A stretch of 64,000 nucleotides of DNA, taken from contig NC_068982.1 in the NCBI RefSeq assembly GCF_001194135.2, positions 83,998,240 through 84,062,239 on the forward strand, in the 5' to 3' direction. The notes under the pieces are model-generated. The model worked only from the letters and a program-made list of their open reading frames with translations, searched no databases and had not been told where the DNA came from. The translations under genes and the position numbers were made by a program. Origin of the DNA: Octopus bimaculoides. Taxonomy: Eukaryota. Positions 60,205-64,000 of this stretch are shown one piece after another. The number at the start of each line of letters is the position of its first letter. The first letter of the stretch is position 1.

Positions 60205-63200
60205 TCTAGTTTCTCATGTTGTATGAGTGTAGATGCTGTTGACATTCTTTCAATTGCTCAAGATTATCCAGTTTTGCACCGTGGGCTTCTTCTTCTTCAA
60301 GGTTGATAACACTGGTTCCTATCTCAACTGCCAGTGTTTCTATTTTGAAATCATCCACAGGATCCTGGTTGCACAATGATGTATCAAGCTCAGTTGATGT
60401 AACAGAAAATTGCACATTTACCCACCAGAGCCAGATGTTTTGACAAAATCATTTCCGCCTTGCAGCTTGATAAGCATATATGGGCGTACTATGGATTGCA
60501 TTCAAATAACTCAACCTCTTCTACTGCTAGGTTGAATTTTGAAAACTGCAACTTTTTCTTCAGTAGCACAGGTCCACCTTTCACCAGCCATTCTGGTAGT
60601 GAGGTCCCAGAAGTTGAGCGGCAGTAAAAACTGAAGAGCTTCTTGTGAGGCATGATGTTAGAGACCATACAGAGGAAGGAGCGAATAGAATGCAGAGCAT
60701 CAAGGAATACATGCTGCCAGTGACTCGCACTCAATCCCTTAGACTTCAATGCCAAAGTAATGGTTTTCCATAAGGTTGATTGAGCCTTTAGACCTGACCA
60801 TTCCCCACTGGATTGTATGGGGTCATCCTACTGGTTACTATGCCTTTATCATGAAGGAATTGTCTCAGTTCAGCTGACATGAAGGTAGTCCAAAAATCAA
60901 AAATAGCTGGCAGAAACAATGAATGACAGTAGCAGCTGATATATCTGAACATGCAAACTCAACTGAGTATGTGTAACTTATGGATTGAGCTTCTGCCGTT
61001 TCCAGCATCTGTGCTTGGATGAAGGCCCAATTGAAGTCTATGTTATCCTGTTCCAATAACCGTTGGCTTATGTTACTGGAATGCATACCACTGATGAAGG
61101 CATCTCTTATAGCTTCATTGAGATGTTCAGCAGCTAAAACAGCTTTGTAACACAAACAGAAAGTGAAAAAATTCATCGATAATTGTGAGTAGATATTTGT
61201 TGTGATTAGTGGATGGGATTGGATCCTTGAAATCTACACTTAGTCTCTCAAATGGTTGAGTGGCCTTCACGAGTTTAGCTGTTGATGGCACAATAAATCT
61301 AGGCTTTAGTTCAGCGCATGTGGGGCATTGAGACATCACAGATTTTACATCATGCATGGAAAATGGTAGATTCTCTGAGCACACAAAATGGAGCAATCAT
61401 GTCACACCTAGATGGCACAAGGAATCATGGAGCTGTATAAGGTCCAAGCGGATAGAAGGTGTGTAATAACCCGAAGAAAATACATCTGCAGCCTTGTTCT
61501 TCTTACCTGGCTGATAAACAACATCATATTTGAAACAAGATAGCTCAATCCTCTATTGTAGTATTTTGTTGTTCTTGACTTTACCTTTGTGCTCATTGTC
61601 AAACACAAAAGCCACAGACCGTTGGTCAGTCACTAACTGAAAATGAATGCCAATAAAGTAGTGTTTCCATTTATGAAGAGCTTCAATGATGGCATAGGCT
61701 TCTTTTTTGACCGAGGAATGGTTCCTTTCACTGCAAGTAAGCATTCTGGAGAAGAAGACTACGGGTCCTCCATTCTAGTTCAAGGTGGCAGCAATAGGAA
61801 TATCTGAAGCATCTGTCTCCACAACCAAGGGTACTTAGTGATCAATGGTGACCAAAGCAGTGCCTTTGAGGTCTGACTTGAAGTTTCAGAATGACTGTTT
61901 GACAACATCAGAAAAGGGTAAGTCTTATTTTGTACCAAGGGTGCAATTTTGTCTGACAAATGGGAGATCCAGTGAGAATAATAAGTAAAGATCCTGATGA
62001 TCCTCTCTTGTGTTTTGGCATCTTGAGAAGATGGGAGCTCACATAAGCAGTGTAATCATTCTGGATCTAGTCTGATTACCCCTTTGGACACTTTGTATCC
62101 CAGGAGCATGATTGTCTGGGCAGCAACAACTGTTTTCTTATCATTGAAGGGGAGCCTGTATGTCTTTGTGACGTGTAGGAATCTTTCACAGTTCCCACCA
62201 TGTTCTCTTTTGTTGTACCCGCATATTGTGACATTGTATCCTCGAGTTTTGTTTGTTTGATAAGATTATCAATGATACATTGCAAACAAGTTATACCATT
62301 AGCAAATCCGAATGGTATACAACAAAACTGATACATGCTTTGAATGCTGTAAAATTTTCTCGTCTTCATGTATAGGAATCTGATGATAAGCACTTATCTT
62401 GTAACTAGATATTTTCCAAACCAGTTCATCAATGCATGGTACAGGGTAAGTGTCAAGTTATGTGTATCAATTGTCTGCCTATAATAGATTACCATTCGTC
62501 TTTTGTGTGATTCATCACTGGATTAAAACTCTATGGAGAACAAGATGGTTCAATGATTTGTTCTGATAAAATGACTGACCTTACCTTCCACAAATTTCTG
62601 ATCTGATAATGACAGATGCCTGAATTTAGTAGCAATGGGTTTGCAATGTGGTGAAAGCGACCCAAATAATGTATGTAAATAGTGTGAAACTCAACACTCT
62701 GGTTTATACTGGAAGCTCTGATAGTTACATATCATCTCATACTGTACACTTACATGGTTGGCGCAGCCATCCATCAAACTTTCCTTTACTACCTTGTCAA
62801 GTGTAGGAGTGTCAATGTGAGCCGTGGTCAAGCCGCAAAGTGAAAATAGAGGTCTGGGAGCCCTGAAAGCTATGTTTATATGTTCATGCAGTATCAAAAA
62901 ATTGTGTCCAAGTAAAACATCTGAGTAAAGCTCGGGCAAAAATGAAAGCTTTACATTGGAGTACTCATTGTCATAATAGACCAATTTGGCAAAACAGTGA
63001 CTTCATGTAACACTTGACAAGGTAGTAAAGGAGTGTTTGATGGATGGCTATGCCAACCATGTGAGTATACAATATGAGATGATATGTAACTATCAGAGCT
63101 TCCAGTATTGACCAGAGTGCTGAGTTTTACACTATTTACGTACACTTTAACAATGGCAGAAGACAATGATACCAGAAGAGCTCCCGAGAATATGACAGGC

Positions 63201-63400
63201 AATGTAGGATTTGTGTATGAAACGAAGTGTTTGTTTGTGTGAGATGATTGACATACCTGCTGGAAATGACTGATTTTGTAACAGGTTTTACATGTCACTT
63301 CCCAAGCTGGGCACTTGGAATGTGTGTTTGTCATAACCACAGAAAAAACATTTAGGTGTGGCGGACACTAATTGGTATCATGTACATTTTCATGTCAATG
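60205..63400 (-). mobile_element. Rearranged Ty3/Gypsy element with CCHC gag knuckles
   Basis: KCFFCG and CPAWEVTCKTCYKISHFQQVC; protease LVNTGSSDSYI; KPIATKFR; PFGFANG; VETDASD, KEAYAIIEAL, TDQRSVAF; integrase CPTCAELKP...FERLSVDFK; two internal templated insertions. Confidence 0.9.
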
Positions 63401-64000
63401 ACCTCGAACCCACAAGAGTAAACAAAAGAGACAGAGACAGGTAGAAACAAGGAAAATGCCCCTTGTATTTGAATACTATGCAAATATTCTTTTCAAAAAC
63501 TTTTCTTTTAATTTTTCCAAAATTTAATTGTTTTCCATACTTACAGTTGAAAAAGTCTCAATGACTGAAACCGGTACTGAAATGTTTTTTTATAAAATTA
63601 TTTTAGCCTTTTCTATCTTGACTTTTTTTTTCCATATTTATCAACGTATGTTCCTTTTCAACTTTCTACACACACACACACACACACACATATATATTCT
63701 CATTCACATAACATTTATATATGTTATGTAAAAGATATCTTGAAAACAAAAGTGTTTAATATTTAATTTCATATATATAGTTGTGTGTGTGTGTGCGTGT
63801 GTGTGTGTGTGTGTGTGTGCATGTGTGTAATTAAGAAACTAAATACAATTTATGATAAAAATTTGAAATTCTATTTTGATTAAAATACCAGCTTCTTCAG
63901 AGCAAAACCTTTGAATGTTATTCACTTGTTTATCACTTCTGACTGTCACTCACTCCTACTCCATTTGTTGTTTTACTCTTCCTTCCCTAGCATGACCAAT

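Noticed and set aside
63520-63590. Candidate NRBF2 first exon (gtaagt donor on the minus strand near 63544)
   Set aside because: It does not encode a plausible ATG...PLNL-like start in phase 0; it could be UTR or chance.

Overview
AT-rich, gapped eukaryotic scaffold dominated by microsatellites and transposable elements. The SINE and RTE-LINE content looks like an octopus or related coleoid cephalopod; the species is an inference. Two host genes can be spliced together by eye, and they converge. On + are the last four exons of a protein with a C-terminal SH2 domain (21176-31882). On - are two exons of NRBF2 (55145-55061 and 43964-43285). The rest is decayed mobile DNA: three Ty3/Gypsy pieces (the first has a CHCC gag end and an in-phase G GGA AAC -1 slippery site), several RTE LINE copies, Penelope-like remnants, pogo, Tigger, Tc1 and mariner fragments, and many tRNA-derived SINEs. 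The most unusual signals are (i) a nearly complete type I hammerhead ribozyme at 10297-10358 plus several decayed hammerhead motifs, (ii) a CpG-rich ~1.5 kb element with short terminal inverted repeats (TIRs) carrying convergent SAP-domain and THAP-domain ORFs, (iii) a ~617 bp palindrome, (iv) a foldback element with head-to-head telomere-like arrays, and (v) nested inverted-repeat pairs. No rRNA, true tRNA gene or CRISPR array is supported. All identities quoted are estimated by eye.
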